A stretch of 64,000 bases of DNA from Lingula anatina. Taxonomy: Eukaryota > Animalia > Brachiopoda. The stretch is taken from assembly GCA_051362555.1 (NCBI GenBank), contig CM120640.1:2294001-2358000 (forward strand), given 5' to 3'. The notes beneath the pieces were generated by a model that made no database searches, was not told the DNA's origin, and worked only from the letters and a program-made list of their open reading frames with translations. Below are positions 26,877-51,140 of this stretch, in pieces. The position numbers and the translations under genes are program-made. Each line of letters begins with the position of its first letter. Within the stretch, counting starts at the first letter, position 1.

Positions 26877-29531
26877 ATGGGGTCATTGAGTAGGCCACTC
26901 ACATCGATAAGTAAACTGTTGAAGGGGACAGGTACGCATCAGAAGGTCGTTGGAGCATTTCACCCCAGAGGTTTTGCTGCAATGGTAGGGTCAGTTGCAT
27001 AAATTTGTCTGCCACTTCTTATAGCATGGATGGGCTGTCACCTTCACATGCGGGGTGTGCAAGTTCTAAGAATAATTGTAATATCTGAAGGAAGTGACAT
27101 TGAAGTCGACGTCGATCATACATGTATTTTCATATATGACTAATTAGTGATCATGCAAGTCTTTACTTCTATTCCCATTCCTTGACGTGAAGAATTTTGT
27201 TATGTCGTTGTCACTGAGGTTGCCTCAGTATGCATAGTATGACTAGGGGCCAGTGTTACATTAAAGATACATTGTGTTTTAATGGAACAAAATAAGCGAT
27301 CAAAATGAAAGTGCCGGGCACTTGAGCAAATTTGCGGATTTAAGTGTGTGTGTTTTGTGCGCGCACTGGGAGTGGTTTAGGTGGGCAGTTAGAAATACCC
27401 TTTGTTTTACCCGTTCTTGTAGCCAACATGTTATGTCAGTGAAGGTTTGTCAGCGACATAAAAAAGATGATACAGTATGTAAATTAATTTAAACATGAGT
27501 ATTTGATTCACAGGCTGATGCTAAAGAGAAAGATTGGTGGAAGAAGGCAGGCTCCATATACGAGTTTACTGTCAAAGACATAGATGGGAATGACGTTTCC
27601 CTTGAAAAATATAAGTAAGTACTGTACTGTAGAGTGCATTTTATTTAGCATGTGGGTGTGTCAAGATAGATGGGAAGATTAATAGGTTTGGACATTCATT
27701 GGTCCAAAGGTTTATTGGCTAAGGAATCATTGATTGAGACTCTTGCTAAATTGCAATCAGATTAACTGACTAACATCCCTCCCCATGTTTCCAATGTACT
27801 TGTATAAACACCAGCTTTTCTGTATTCTACGTACTCAATGCCTGGAGGGTGCATGTTAATCTTTTAATCAGATTGCATTCAGTGAGAGTCCCTGTAAAGT
27901 TAGTCTTAATTAAATTACCTAGTACGATAGTTTCATAGTGCACCTTGAGAGCTGTCAGACAATTGAACTCTTTGTATGTTGAATTTTCAGACCAGTGGAA
28001 CTTTGGAATAATTTTGTTTGTGAAAACTGAGTCATTTACCCATTTTTTCTGTGATCAATCTTGGGTAAAAATTTAGTAGGAATACCGTAGGTTCATGTAT
28101 ATTATACTTACAGGGACCATGTGGTTCTTATAGTTAATGTTGCCTCTCAGTGAGGTTTCACCGCGAAGAACTACACTCAGCTGCAAAGTCTGCATGCCAA
28201 ATACGCTGAGTCGAAGGGTCTTCGCATCCTGGGGTTCCCCTGCAACCAGTTTGGCGGGCAGGTAGGATGACAAATGAGTGTCAAATGATATTCAGTATCA
28301 ATATATATTGGTAGATATTGTATACATTCTGGAAATTATAATTGTGCTGTTTATTCTTGCTAATTTAATATAAACAAAATAGATTATAGTATGCAATTCT
28401 GATACATTAGGTGTAATTCTAATTAAATATATTACATGTAGTTGATTAGAGAATGTGACAATCATAATCTGCAATTCTGTAATGAATCGGATTCTTTTAT
28501 ATATTATTGGCACTGAATGAATGGTTTTGCACAGGTCTTGAATAAATGTGATATAATATATTTGGCAAATGATCATTTGAAATAAATTTTAATTCTTTCA
28601 TGTAATATTTTCCAATATATATAAGAAAAATTGAGAGTAACTTCTTTTTTTTTATTTCAAGGAACCAGGTACTGAAGCAGAGATCAAGAAGTTTGTTGAA
28701 AAATATGACGTGCAGTTTGACATGTTTTCCAAGATCAAAGTCAATGGGGGTGATGCAGATCCACTGTGGAAGTATCTCAAGCACAAGCAAGGAGGAACTC
28801 TGATTGAGTATGAATACAAAAAAAGCATTTAAATCTAAGACCCCATTACCATAGATCGGAGCAACTCTTCTGTACTCCACTTACTGTTGGATATCTTTGT
28901 AGACTGTCTTTGGGAATGGGACCTAATAGTAGGCTCTTTTTGTCGTGTGAAGTGGGTGAACTGTTTGCATTTGTGTGTGTTTTAATAAATAAAATTACAT
29001 ACATGTATGAAGTTGGTGGTAGAGTCTGTTGTTTTCTATGAGACATTTTTTAGAGTTTTTGTAGTATATCTGTTGTGTGTTGGCTTTAGCTGGCTCGTTA
29101 AAAGTTATATTTTAAACATCGTTTTTACTTTTTTCAGTGCAATCAAGTGGAATTTTACAAAATTTCTAGTGGATAAGAAAGGCCAGCCAGTGAAAAGATA
29201 TGCTCCTAACACAGAACCTTTTGTAAGTTATGATAAATAATGTGATCATTCACACAACTAAAGCCACTCGCATCATTATTGTTGATCAAGTTTTGGTTTC
29301 GAAAAGGAAGAGCTAATTTAGGTTGAAATTCAGTGATGTCAGTGAAGCTTTTAAATTGGTAAGTTTTGTTTATGTTTAGAATATTGTTTTTATTTATATT
29401 TCTAAAATAAGTTTTAAGTAGTTGGTTTAGCTAGTGCTGAAACAGTGTTGTTGGGGTTTGTAGAGCACTTTCTGTGATATATGACTTTAAAATTTCAGAC
29501 AGTGGAGAAAGATTTTGATGAATACTTTTAG
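26877..29531 (+). CDS. GPX4: Phospholipid hydroperoxide glutathione peroxidase (selenoprotein)
   Basis: Exons 26877-26984 (inferred first exon), 27514-27614, 28114-28261, 28662-28807, 29138-29222, 29499-29531. Motifs: [19 protein letters not shown](TGA 28151-28153)-[27 protein letters not shown]. Confidence 0.95.
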
Positions 29532-29706
29532 AAAAAGATTCCAAAGAAGCCATCCATGACTTCCAGAGACTGAGTACCAAAAATATCATCCCATAATCAT
29601 TTTTTTTTTCAATAAATGAAAAGAAACATTTATATTAAAAAAAAAAGAAAAAAAAACAGCAGTTTTATCCCAGTGGACAATCTTGAATTACGTCTTGAGG
29701 TTGACA

Positions 29707-29796
29707 TCACTGGCAGAGATATATGACGGCTACACCTGAAACCAGGTAATGGTGGGTTAGCCTGATGCTATGGCATGCAACTCCTCTGGCCAGTGA
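29707..29796 (+). promoter_or_regulatory. SECIS element (type II-like) in the GPX4 3' UTR
   Basis: ATGAC at 29723, upper stem GGCTA/TAGCC, AAA at 29739-29741, ministem CCA/TGG, TGATG at 29763, lower stem TCACTGGC/GCCAGTGA. Confidence 0.88.
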
Positions 29797-30702
29797 CTGA
29801 GACAAGACAGATGTACTTTGACATGGTCCACAAGGATGACGAATGTGCTCAATCCTATTGCATTGATAATTGTTTGATCAGACTTTTTGTATTTTGTTAT
29901 GCTATATTTACACTTACAGTGTATATGTCATGCTTTAAAAATAAGATACCAGCATTTAGATTAGACTTGATTTAAAGTATTTTATAAATAAATGGAAGAT
30001 GAAACATTTCCCATCATAAAGCTTTCATTTAATAAAATTTATTTATTTATTTTTCATTAAAAAATTATTGCATAAACCTTCAGTTTTTATCTGTTCCCAC
30101 TTTGTTTACTGTAATGAGGTGAATAAAATTAAAATTGTTTTAGTTGGTACCTGTCCATTTTGTTTTGTTTTTTAAATATCCAAAGAAAAACTTAGAAAGA
30201 CCATGTACTAGTAAGTGATATTTGAAAAGTATGCTAAAACACAAATCTACATTATATTTTTTTTGAATACAGCTACATGTATCATGAACAAGATTGAGTA
30301 GATGTAAAATAATATAAATATATATAAGCTTGTTTGAGCTCATTAAATAAATGTTTACAAAATTTGTGTTTCTCTGTTTTACTTTCAATAGAAACATGTA
30401 CCAATATGATGGGATGAAATGAGACTTCAGATATCCCAGGTTCTAGAAGTCTTGGCTCATGAACTGGCTGGATGTTGAAATGAGCAAGAGCATCTCCATG
30501 ATATGAGGGTTTTTAAACCATTTAAATGGTCACTTTAAATGGCATTCTGTTTTTGTTCTGTCTATAGACACCATATCTGTTCGTTTTTTTGCATTTGTCA
30601 ATGAGTCTCTGATAAAATGACAGAACCCTATAAAAGACCTTCAGATGCAAGGTGGCTTTCCTGCTAATGAGCCTATTATATTTTAAATATGACAGAGGTC
30701 CT

Positions 30703-30928
30703 CAGGCCTGTAAACGACCATTTTAAAGGAGGGGGGGCTTTTTTCTTTTTTCTGAAAAGTGGTCCTTTTCAACCATTTATTAATATATGTAGAAAGAGTT
30801 GTCCGAACATGAGAAATGACATAGAACCTTGATAAAATTTTGACTCTGAGTGGACCTTTTCTGACCAAAGGGGCAGTTCTTTTGAACAGATCCCCTTAAA
30901 ACCCCTTCTAAATATACCTACAGGTTAG
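30703..30928. mobile_element. CAGG-terminated MITE with 5-bp TSD
   Basis: TSD GTCCT on both sides and degenerate TIR CAGGCCTGTA / TACAGGTTAG. Shares TTTTCTGAAAAGTGG with 31095-31256. Confidence 0.65.
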
Positions 30929-31094
30929 GTCCTGGTGCTAAACAACAAAACTTGATGACTCGTTAAAACCACATTTACATTCTGGGGTACATGTACATTT
31001 GTACTACAAGTACACACAAATATAAATGTATATACAAGTAGATAGAGAGTAATTGGCTGATGCAAGCACTCATCAAGGTTTTGTTATCGGTACA

Positions 31095-31256
31095 CAGGCC
31101 CATAAAAAGCAATTTCAAAGGGGGGTTCTTTTTCTGAAAAAGTGGACCTTTTTCTGTGAAATCTTTATGAACCTAGAACAAATTTTACCCGAAAAGACTT
31201 TTTTCTGGGAACAAAGATGGTTCATTCGAACATCCCCCTCCCTGGCGATGGGCCTG
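31095..31256. mobile_element. CAGGCCC...GGGCCTG MITE
   Basis: TIR CAGGCCCAT / ATGGGCCTG with flanks GTACA / TTACA. Confidence 0.65.
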
Positions 31257-31333
31257 TTACATATACTCTTAATATCTCCTGCCTCTTTCCTTTAGATAAA
31301 TTTATGGTCAGGATTTCATAAAATTGGATGCAG

Positions 31334-32523
31334 TTATGAACCACTTTCTGTCTCTTCCTTTTCGTCGTCTGTACTTGTACTTTTGATAAGGTGTTTAGGT
31401 AAAACCTCCCCTGTGTGTGCTATAGTAGCCCAGTTCCTGAAACCTGCCACCCCTTTCTCCTCCACCTCTGCCCGCCCTCTCTCTGTGACAACCTCTCCAT
31501 CTGGCTTGAGGATAATCAGCTTGGGGACAGCATTGATCTTGTACTTGGTTTTCAGCTCTCTGTTGGGAGATAGTCAACACGATAATCACACAGATTATTT
31601 GAAAATATGGTTTTACTGTTTTAACTTTTTTTTAAAAAGCTAACAATTCCAGCATTTAAAACATTACGGTGTTTAAAATGGTTAAATCTACTGTCTATCT
31701 TACATGTAAAACATCAGAGCTGTCTTAAAACATTTGATGAAATTTCATGTTGAATTAGATTACATATATTTTTATTTGAGTTCATCACTCAAATAACCAT
31801 TTCATTCTGAAATGATCTATTGAACATGCATTTTACAACTTTGACTTAGGGTGCTTTCCCAGAGATTTAGATCGATCTAAAGATTAAGTTTTAGATCGAC
31901 CTAACTCCCTGGGGGTTCACGCTAAATTGCAGTCAGCCGAGGGGGCACCATAGTTAATTACCCCCTTACAGCTTTTAGTAGGCGGGACAGACGCTTAAGC
32001 CGGCCAAGCTGACAGTAATCTAGTGAGACTCCCCACAGGGATAGATCGATCTAAAAATCTATGGAAATGTGTTACTTATGGGAATTCACTGACTTAAACA
32101 ACTGCAACAAGTAACTTTAATGTCTTTGTAATTGTCGAATGTTTCATATGATGTTAAAATCCACAAGCACAATGCATTTAATTAAGAAATTTGAAAAAGA
32201 ACCTACTCAATTAACGGATCACCAAAAGGCAAAGCCAGCCAATCTCCATGAGATTCCTTCATGTACATCTGCATTTGATCTTCACTCCGATCACAAGAGA
32301 GATACACAACTTCAAAGGGAGCGTTCCTGCGTTTCAGTTCTGCATATATTTCTGCCAGCTTGGGAGTGAACATTCTGCAAGGTGGACACCAGTGTGCTGA
32401 GAAATATAAACCAACTACTCGGCACTGCAATGCTTCATCTGCTTTCACTTTGAGGTTCTGTCTTGATATTAGATCCTTGCCACGGAATATTTCCAGGATT
32501 TGTTCTTGCTCTTCTGATGCCAT
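31334..32523 (-). CDS. NXNL2: Nucleoredoxin-like single-domain thioredoxin (NXNL2/tryparedoxin type)
   Basis: Two coding exons, 32523-32207 and 31559-31334. Motifs: VVGLYFSAHWCPPCRMFTPKL, FEVVYLSCDRSE, HGDWLALPFGDP, KYKINAVPKLIILKPDGEVVT. An acceptor AG sits directly before the ATG. Exact orthology (NXN vs NXNL) is uncertain. Confidence 0.85.
31848..32075. mobile_element. Degenerate MITE in the NXNL2-like intron
   Basis: Inverted ends TTTCCCAGAGATTTAGATCGATCTA / TAGATCGATCTAAAAATCTATGGAAA. Confidence 0.55.
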
Positions 32524-33295
32524 CTGTAATTTTTAATGAATCAATTGCAAGTACATTGTAATAACTAAATGTGAACCTTATAGGGTTTACTGTATATATA
32601 TATTCCCATGGAATTTTAAACTTAAATTATATTATAAAAGGCATTACAGTATGTAATGTTAGTACATTGTATATCATACTGAGTATATCTGTGGTCAAAA
32701 TGTCATATTTTAAAACTGGTCTTTCTGGTTGGACAACAGACTGGGATTGAACTACATTTGGTTTCAACAAGAAATTACTTGTAATGATATAAACGTTAGC
32801 TCCTCCAATTAATGTGCTACCTGCAGTACTTGATACAGTACGTTTTCTCAAGAACTTGACAACTTCTTGGTTTTCTAACTCATGAAAGGGCACATTTTAA
32901 GTGGAACTGTTCTTGTTCAGACTGTTTGCGAAGGTTTGTTTAGCAAGAATATTGAACAACGTTGTATCACTGGTTAGTGCATGAGATAACTGTACACCAC
33001 AAACAGAATTTTCAACTACCCGGTACAGTTCACGAATTAACCACAGTGCAGCATGCATTGGCGGTTGTTTACCTTAGATACAGTATCATCAACGTTATTG
33101 CAGTACGTGTGGAAACAGACAATTTCACACTTTACTTATTTGTGTAAGGAATTTCAAATCACCTTTACACTTCATTTCAGCACACAAAAGTCATGTAACG
33201 AAAAAACCTTTCTGCTTATTGTTGTTTTGCACCTCTTGTAAGTTGTGCTGTACAAGTGCCTGTCAGCTCCCTCTATCGTTAAACCTCCAATCAAT

Positions 33296-34829
33296 ATGGG
33301 CTCTTCCTGCAGGTTCGCAATGTGCGTTTTTGTTTACATATTTTATTTGTTGTTTTTGGGTGTATGTGGAGAAATTGAGGCTTTTGAAGTAGATGGAGTC
33401 AAAGTAGAAAGGCTAAAAATTCCCGAAACGTGCGATTTTTCTGTACAGGACGGAGATCAACTTAAAATTCATTGTAAGTATAGGTGGTTCTTTACTAGAT
33501 TAACGTTCCCTGCGCGCCTTCACTGCCTATTGCATTGCAACAAGGATATATATACACAGCCTATATTGATTTTTTGCCGTATTTTTCAGTTCATTGTGTC
33601 ATTTACTGTAACAAGGTTTTTTTCATCAGCACTGTTTAAATTGTGATTTTAATTTAATGAATATTTAGGAAGGAATTTTTTACTGAATGATTAACTTACA
33701 CTGTTAACAGGTGAATTTTTAGTAACCAGTTCTGGTAAAATGATGTTGTTTTGTTTTCTTAGATAGAGGCACGTTAGAGGACGGGACAGAATTTGGTTCT
33801 AGCTACAGTAGAAAAAGGTATGGCAGTTAATTTTATATCAATCAATCAATTTTTACATAAAATATGTGCCCCCACCCAGTCTTATACCAGCTAGGTGCTA
33901 TATACTAGTGCTACTAGTAGTTGCTGTTGCCAACAGTAAAATGTACTCACAGTTTTTGAATTTTTTATACATGCGTTTTCATTTCAAACAAAAGTAAATT
34001 TTCTTAAACCACTGAAAGTTATTGGCAAAGTACCATTAATTCACAGTATTTCACAAATATTTTCTTCACATGCTAAACAGTGACTGTAATGCAATAATAT
34101 CCATGTTTTTCTTTTCCTAATTTCTTTCTTTTAAAGAAAAAAAAATTATTTTGTTCTAGTCCATTTGCTTTCACTATTGGAAAAGGTCAAGTTATAAAAG
34201 GTTGGGACATTGGCATCAAAGGCATGTGCATTGGAGAGAAGAGGAGATTGACCATTCCTCCTGAAAAAGGATACGGCGACCAAGGCTCTCCACCTAAAAT
34301 ACCAGGAGGCAAGTTGAGATCTCCACATCTTCGCAATGAGTGTCTTCAGAGTTACAGTAATGGTTTCTTCAAGCAACTGCTTAAATTCGTACTTATTTTC
34401 ACTTGCCAGGAATATCTTAATGTTTGACCAGACACTGTCATCAGGTTTTAGCTGTTGTTTGAAGAAACTGTTGTAACTTAGAATTTATACATAAGTTTTG
34501 TTTTGTGTAATGTTTAAGTCAGAATAATGAGAACTAGTTCAAAGTTGACTCAATATATCACACAGTAAATACATATTTTCATATTTACTTTTTAAGAGAT
34601 GGATACATTTTCACTGTACTTTTTTTCTACGACTTATATGTGCGCATATTATTAGAATCTTTTATAAAATCTGTATTTTTATTTACCATCATTCATCCTA
34701 ATTGCAGGATGTTTAATTAGTTTTATTATTGACATTTTATAATTATTGCTCTCTTGTATTAACATGAAGGCATTCCTCATTTCAGGTGCAACTCTTATAT
34801 TTGTGACTGAGCTCATAGATATAGATTGA
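33296..34829 (+). CDS. FKBP2: FKBP-type peptidyl-prolyl isomerase with signal peptide (FKBP2/FKBP13-like)
   Basis: Exons 33296-33473, 33763-33817, 34160-34308 (GC donor), 34786-34829. Motifs: [61 protein letters not shown]. Confidence 0.85.
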
Positions 34830-36915
34830 GGAAGATAACCCAACCTTAACTACAGTGAATCATAGAAACCAGATTTCGTGCTGTAGTGAGACTGAATCCA
34901 AAGATCTAAAATGTAAAAGTTATATGTATATTTGTTCCTTCAGGGAGTTGGTACAGACACAACAGTAATGTGATGACTGTTGAGTTTATTTCTATGCAGT
35001 GAAGTCAGTAGGTTGGGTGTGTTTCAAACCAATGGCAGCAAATATCAGACTGAACAATATTTAACATGTGCATTTTATCTGGCATGTGAAGAATTATCGT
35101 TTTTCAGAGAGATTATGGTTTAAAAGTTTTTCCTGACACCAGTGTTACTTTTGCTTTGCTATTCGCATTCCCATTTCTTGTGCCAGTTTGCTATTGAAGT
35201 GACAGTAAATCTTTTGCTCTAAACTTTGGTAAGTTCACCAGCCCTCTACAACATTTTGGTGTCTGAGATGTCTCTCCCTTACACTTAGGACGAGTGTGTG
35301 GTTTACACGAACCCTTGATTTGTCAAGGGGGTGTAAATTGTCCCATAATTATCCAATTTTTTAATTATTTCAAATGATATTCAATTTTATTAACACAGCT
35401 TTATTTACTGTATAATTTAAGATACTGATTAAAAACAGCAAACATATTTCAAGATTATGTGACTTTTATTGTCATCTGCCATGAAAAAAATTTGGGGGGA
35501 TGGGCACAAAATCAAAATCTAGTACTAAGCATGCAAAATATTTTCCAGTAATAAATAATAAATAGAGTACACAAAATAACTAGAAGAATAACCCTGATGA
35601 TGTGTACTACGAGTTTAGTCAGGCTTAGAGACATTATTTGTTGTACAGAAAATATACTTAACATCATATTGCAATCACTAAAAATAAATGAACACAAACA
35701 CATTTTAAATATCAGCCTGCTGAAATAAACATTCTACTATTTTAACAACCATGAACTGATGAATCACAGCAAAAATGGAATAGGACTTTAAATGTTAAAC
35801 AAAAAATCATAATGTCTTGAGGCATCAAAAGTAATTAGACAAAATCCATGAATTCAGTGGCGAAGAACTGTACTAATGTCTGAAAAATGTGGCTACGTCA
35901 ATTTACTAAACAGAGCCATTAGAAATCTTTAAGACTGTTGGCACTGCGTGGCATCATATAAGACTAGAAAAATGCTAAGCTGTGAGACTGTGCTATCTCC
36001 AACAATTCCCATTCGACTCTTATCTGTTGAACATTGCTTAGCACTGGGGATTTCTCAAATATGTGTTTTTGAATAAACTGTTGTAAATGAGGTATGCTCT
36101 TCAGCATGTATAACAAGGTTTTTTAATTTACTGAAGTATTCAATAATATAAAAATACAAATCTGATGTGTACTAAATACATTATATCTCCAGCTTTCCAG
36201 CACTTTTACCTAAGTGTATACAGTTGTCTTTGAAAGTTTTTAGTTTTTATGAACATCTCTTTAATTGGTTGATAAGACCAGTTTAGACCAACATTAAATA
36301 TTTGCTCAACGCACCTCAATGTTTTACTATTCCATTTCTTTACACTTGTATGAATCAAGCTTGTATGAATCAATAGGCAACAATAAAATATAAAATGCAT
36401 TTATATCATTCTACTTATCTCGATTCCATAATAAGAATATTCAATATCATGAAAAAATAATGAAAGAAACTGCTCCATGTAGCTAGAATGCCTTAATAAA
36501 AAGAGAATTAAAGTGGGACTTAAATAATAGTTACACCTTTAACAAAACTAGTTGCCACAGGCTGAAAGTTTACCAGGATTTGATAAATTATAACAGCTAC
36601 TGTCTTGAGCATTTACATTGACCCTCTAGCACATTAGATTCTAATGGTGTTTTAACATAAAGCTCGGGCACATATATCAGGTATTTACATGTAAGTTAGA
36701 ACTCATTATTAGAGCTGATTGCACAAAAGCTTGAAGCTGCACAGTGGGACTAACCAAGGAATTCTTATGATGGGAGACATAAAGGCTGAAATCCTTATAA
36801 TTTGGTGATAAAAACAATTCAGCAGGAATCCATGCTATCATGATAGCAATGTCTATGAGTACTGTGAACAACTAGAATTTATTTTTTTGACAGGATTTAT
36901 TCTAAAATGGGTATG

Positions 36916-47671
<10,756 letters not shown>

Positions 47672-48240
47672 TCTGTTGCTGTGTTTACAAATCAACGAAT
47701 CCGAGAGTTTTAACTTCAATGATTGTCAAAAGGTGGCGCTTGCTATGACATGACTATCATTTTACGTTTTCCATCGACCCTTTATAGAAAGTATTTTGCT
47801 CAAATGACATCGGAATAAGAAATAATCAATTACAAATTATCCAATACTTTATCAGATATTATTTTTCCACACGTACATAGGATAATTTTTTATAAGTGTG
47901 TATATTGTTTGCGTGCGTAAAGAGACGTCTATCGTGAGAATTGGAAGATATGTCGCAACAAGTAAAATACATTTGAAGCCATATATTTATCAATTAAGTA
48001 TGTTACCTACACACACAGAATGGCTTGTTTAGTGGATTTTGTGTAAATTAAATATACATAAATTCAATTGAATACCAAAGTATATCATATAGTGTGAATA
48101 TTCTGACACTGAAAGTGTGGCGAGTGCCTTGTAAAACCAACTTGGGTCTGTCGACATCTGCCTCTCGTTGTGAAGTTAGTGCCCATCACTTCCTGCTGAC
48201 TTTTTAAAGCGTGCAAGCTGCACCTTGTAAATATTGAATA

Positions 48241-48328
48241 ATGTCGTCCCACAATAGCGCAAATGATCCAAGAAGACCAAACAAGATACACAGGTGAGTC
48301 CCTCCCTCTTTCTATCTCCCTCCCTCCC

Positions 48329-48363
<35 letters not shown>

Positions 48364-49906
48364 AGTTCAACTCAGTCTCAGTAGTCTCTCTAAAACACAG
48401 AAGTAAGATTGTTGGCAAACGAATCGTGTAGAAAGTATTTTCATGCTAACTGTTTAAGTTAAATTTTCACTGACGCCTTTCTGCATTTTTCAAAAAGAAA
48501 AAGTTCTGTGTTTAAAATTTTTAAGGCTATGATTTTTTTGATCACGGGGTATGGTCATTGGTTGCATGTGACAGTGAAGACCCCGCTAAATAAATGAATG
48601 GTTATTACAATAGGGATACTTTGCAAAAACAATAAGATCTATGCTGACAAAAGATAATAATTATAATAAAATTTCGTCATTGACCCCATTCCGAATAGGG
48701 GACTATCTAGTACGAGGGTCAAATATGGATGACTCACTTGAATACTTCACAATATTTATTGAGTGTCTATTCTTTAGCGAATTATATAGCAAGCTTGACC
48801 CCCGGACTAGTTAGTCCCGTATTCTGAATGGGGCCATTGAAAAACTAGCTGTTATCATCTAAATATAAGGGGCTTTTTTCTGTTTGGGTTTGATTAGTGG
48901 TAATTGTTTTAACTTCTAGGTATACACCTCCTTCAAGCACAGGGCCACTGGAAGATCCCACTCCAGAATACATGAATTTGCTGGGTATGATATTTAGCAT
49001 GTTTGGACTTATGATGAAGGTGAGGTTCCTATATTTACAAGCATATAATCTTATAAGAATCATTCAAAAAAAGGTGTATGACTAGCAATATGATACTTAA
49101 AATCTCATTATGATATAAGATTTTGTAAACTGTTAATTTAAAATCTTTCACAGAAGAATTAGTTTGGATGTCTGGACTCTGTCTCTTACAGAGTTTATTT
49201 GAGGACAGGTAAATTATTACTACTTTGTATTTACATTATGGAGCAGTATAGAGACCAGTGAATTTTTCTTCATTGGAATACTAGATTTATAAAATGTTTG
49301 GTTGCTAGGAACAATGCTTTCTATTTCAGGTGAAGTGGTGTGCGTGGGCAGCAGTTTATTGTTCCTTCATAAGTTTTGCAAATTCCAGAGCTTCAGAAGA
49401 TGCCAAACAACTTTTGAGCAGTTTTATGTAGGTTGATAGAAAACATTTGCAAAATAGCTTATTGGATTGAAAAATCACAGAATTTTTCATGTTCTTTCTT
49501 GGTAGTATTTTATGTTTAATAAATCATGCAAAAAGAAGTCACCAACTTAAGGACTTAAATAATTTTCAGGGGCAGATTCAAATATATTTTCTGGCAGTCT
49601 TCCAAATTATCTCTGTTGATCCATCCTATATCTTTTACCGATTTACGACAGAAAAAATTAGATGCCCATCAATATTAACTTGAAAAATTATGACTGTCTT
49701 CCAGAAGACAGCTTCCATCCTCCCTGATTTTATGTGTGGGCAATTTCTTTCTTTGAACTTATATATAAGTTTAATTGTATTAAAGCCATTTGAAAATCTT
49801 TATCTTATGTTTTCCATATATATCTATATTATTTTCTAGGCTCTCCATATCAGCTGTAGTAATGACTTACCTACAGAACCCTCAACCCATGACACCACCA
49901 TGGTGA
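48241..49906 (+). CDS. WDR83OS: PAT complex subunit Asterix
   Basis: Exons 48241-48293, 48920-49019, 49330-49427, 49840-49906. Motifs: [51 protein letters not shown]. Confidence 0.96.
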
Positions 49907-51140
49907 CAGGAAAAATAGAAAAAGAAACATTGTATTGTAATTTTTCCCCTGTCACAGGCAGTGAGGGTTCAGTATGCTGACTTGGGCCATTGCAGATTGA
50001 AATGCTAAATTAACACAGAGACAACTGCCCCGTCTGCAAGGACAGCACTGTGATGGACATACAAAAACTGTTGAAGCTAATAATGCTTGCACTGAAAATT
50101 ACTTATGTTGTGATACTTTGAAGGGAGAAGTGTAACCAACTGATAAAAAGATTATATGAGTTAATTAGATTTATATGTGCATTAAGCAACATTAGTACAT
50201 AATATTTAGTAGAATTTTTAATGCCAGCTAGCATTTTATTTGATTATAGTAAGAATGATAGAAACCGTTTGATAAACACTTGTGTAGATTTATTGAAGAC
50301 AATATGAAATGCTATTACTATATTGTTTGGTATAAAGATAAAAAGGCAATATTAGTTATCAAAATAAAACACATTTTACTTGATTTTAATCATATGGTTT
50401 TATATGTAGTATAAATTTATCATAATTACTTGTGTAAAACATCAAATGATATGCATAACACCTTGTGATTGCAAAAAGTAGCAAACGCAACGTTCAGAAT
50501 CATTGTAAACACACACACACACACACTTTGGAAAGGTTTGAGTGGGAGGGAAATCTTCAGTTTGAGAAGATATCAACATGGCTTCAATTGTCTTTATTAA
50601 AAACCTTTCTTTTCCGGGTAAGACACTGTATGAAAAGAAGACTTGGCCTTCACCCATACTTCTCTACTCGTGATTTAAAATGCCCCTTTATATTTCCAAC
50701 AATGTCTCATTCCGTCCAGACAAAATGACTGATAATTAGAAATAAGTATACTCCCCTCAGGGTAGCTGCATTGTACGCGACATTTATGATCAATCGTCCT
50801 CTTGTTTCGTTCTGAAAACTGATACATGACCCGTAATTATATATTACTGGTACAGGGTGGCATTGATTGTAATTCTCGTTTTTATGTCTCTCGGATTTCC
50901 TAATTCAAGTAAAAAACGAAAGTATTGTTCAAGATTGAGGTATGATGAAATGAAAGTCAACATAATTATTGAAACTTCTTTAATCTTTTTTATTATTATT
51001 TAATCTGCATCAGAATATGTCAATAAGTCTTTTCCTCTCGGCTTACTAACGGTAGACGGGATAAGGTCTCTTCTGGCGCCATTGTATTAAGCATCAAATT
51101 GCTTGACGCAATTCCTGGATCCTATCTCGCCCAGATCTAG

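Noticed and set aside
28151-28153. GPX4 as a pseudogene because of the in-frame TGA
   Set aside because: The TGA is at the catalytic position, all exons are intact and a SECIS is present.
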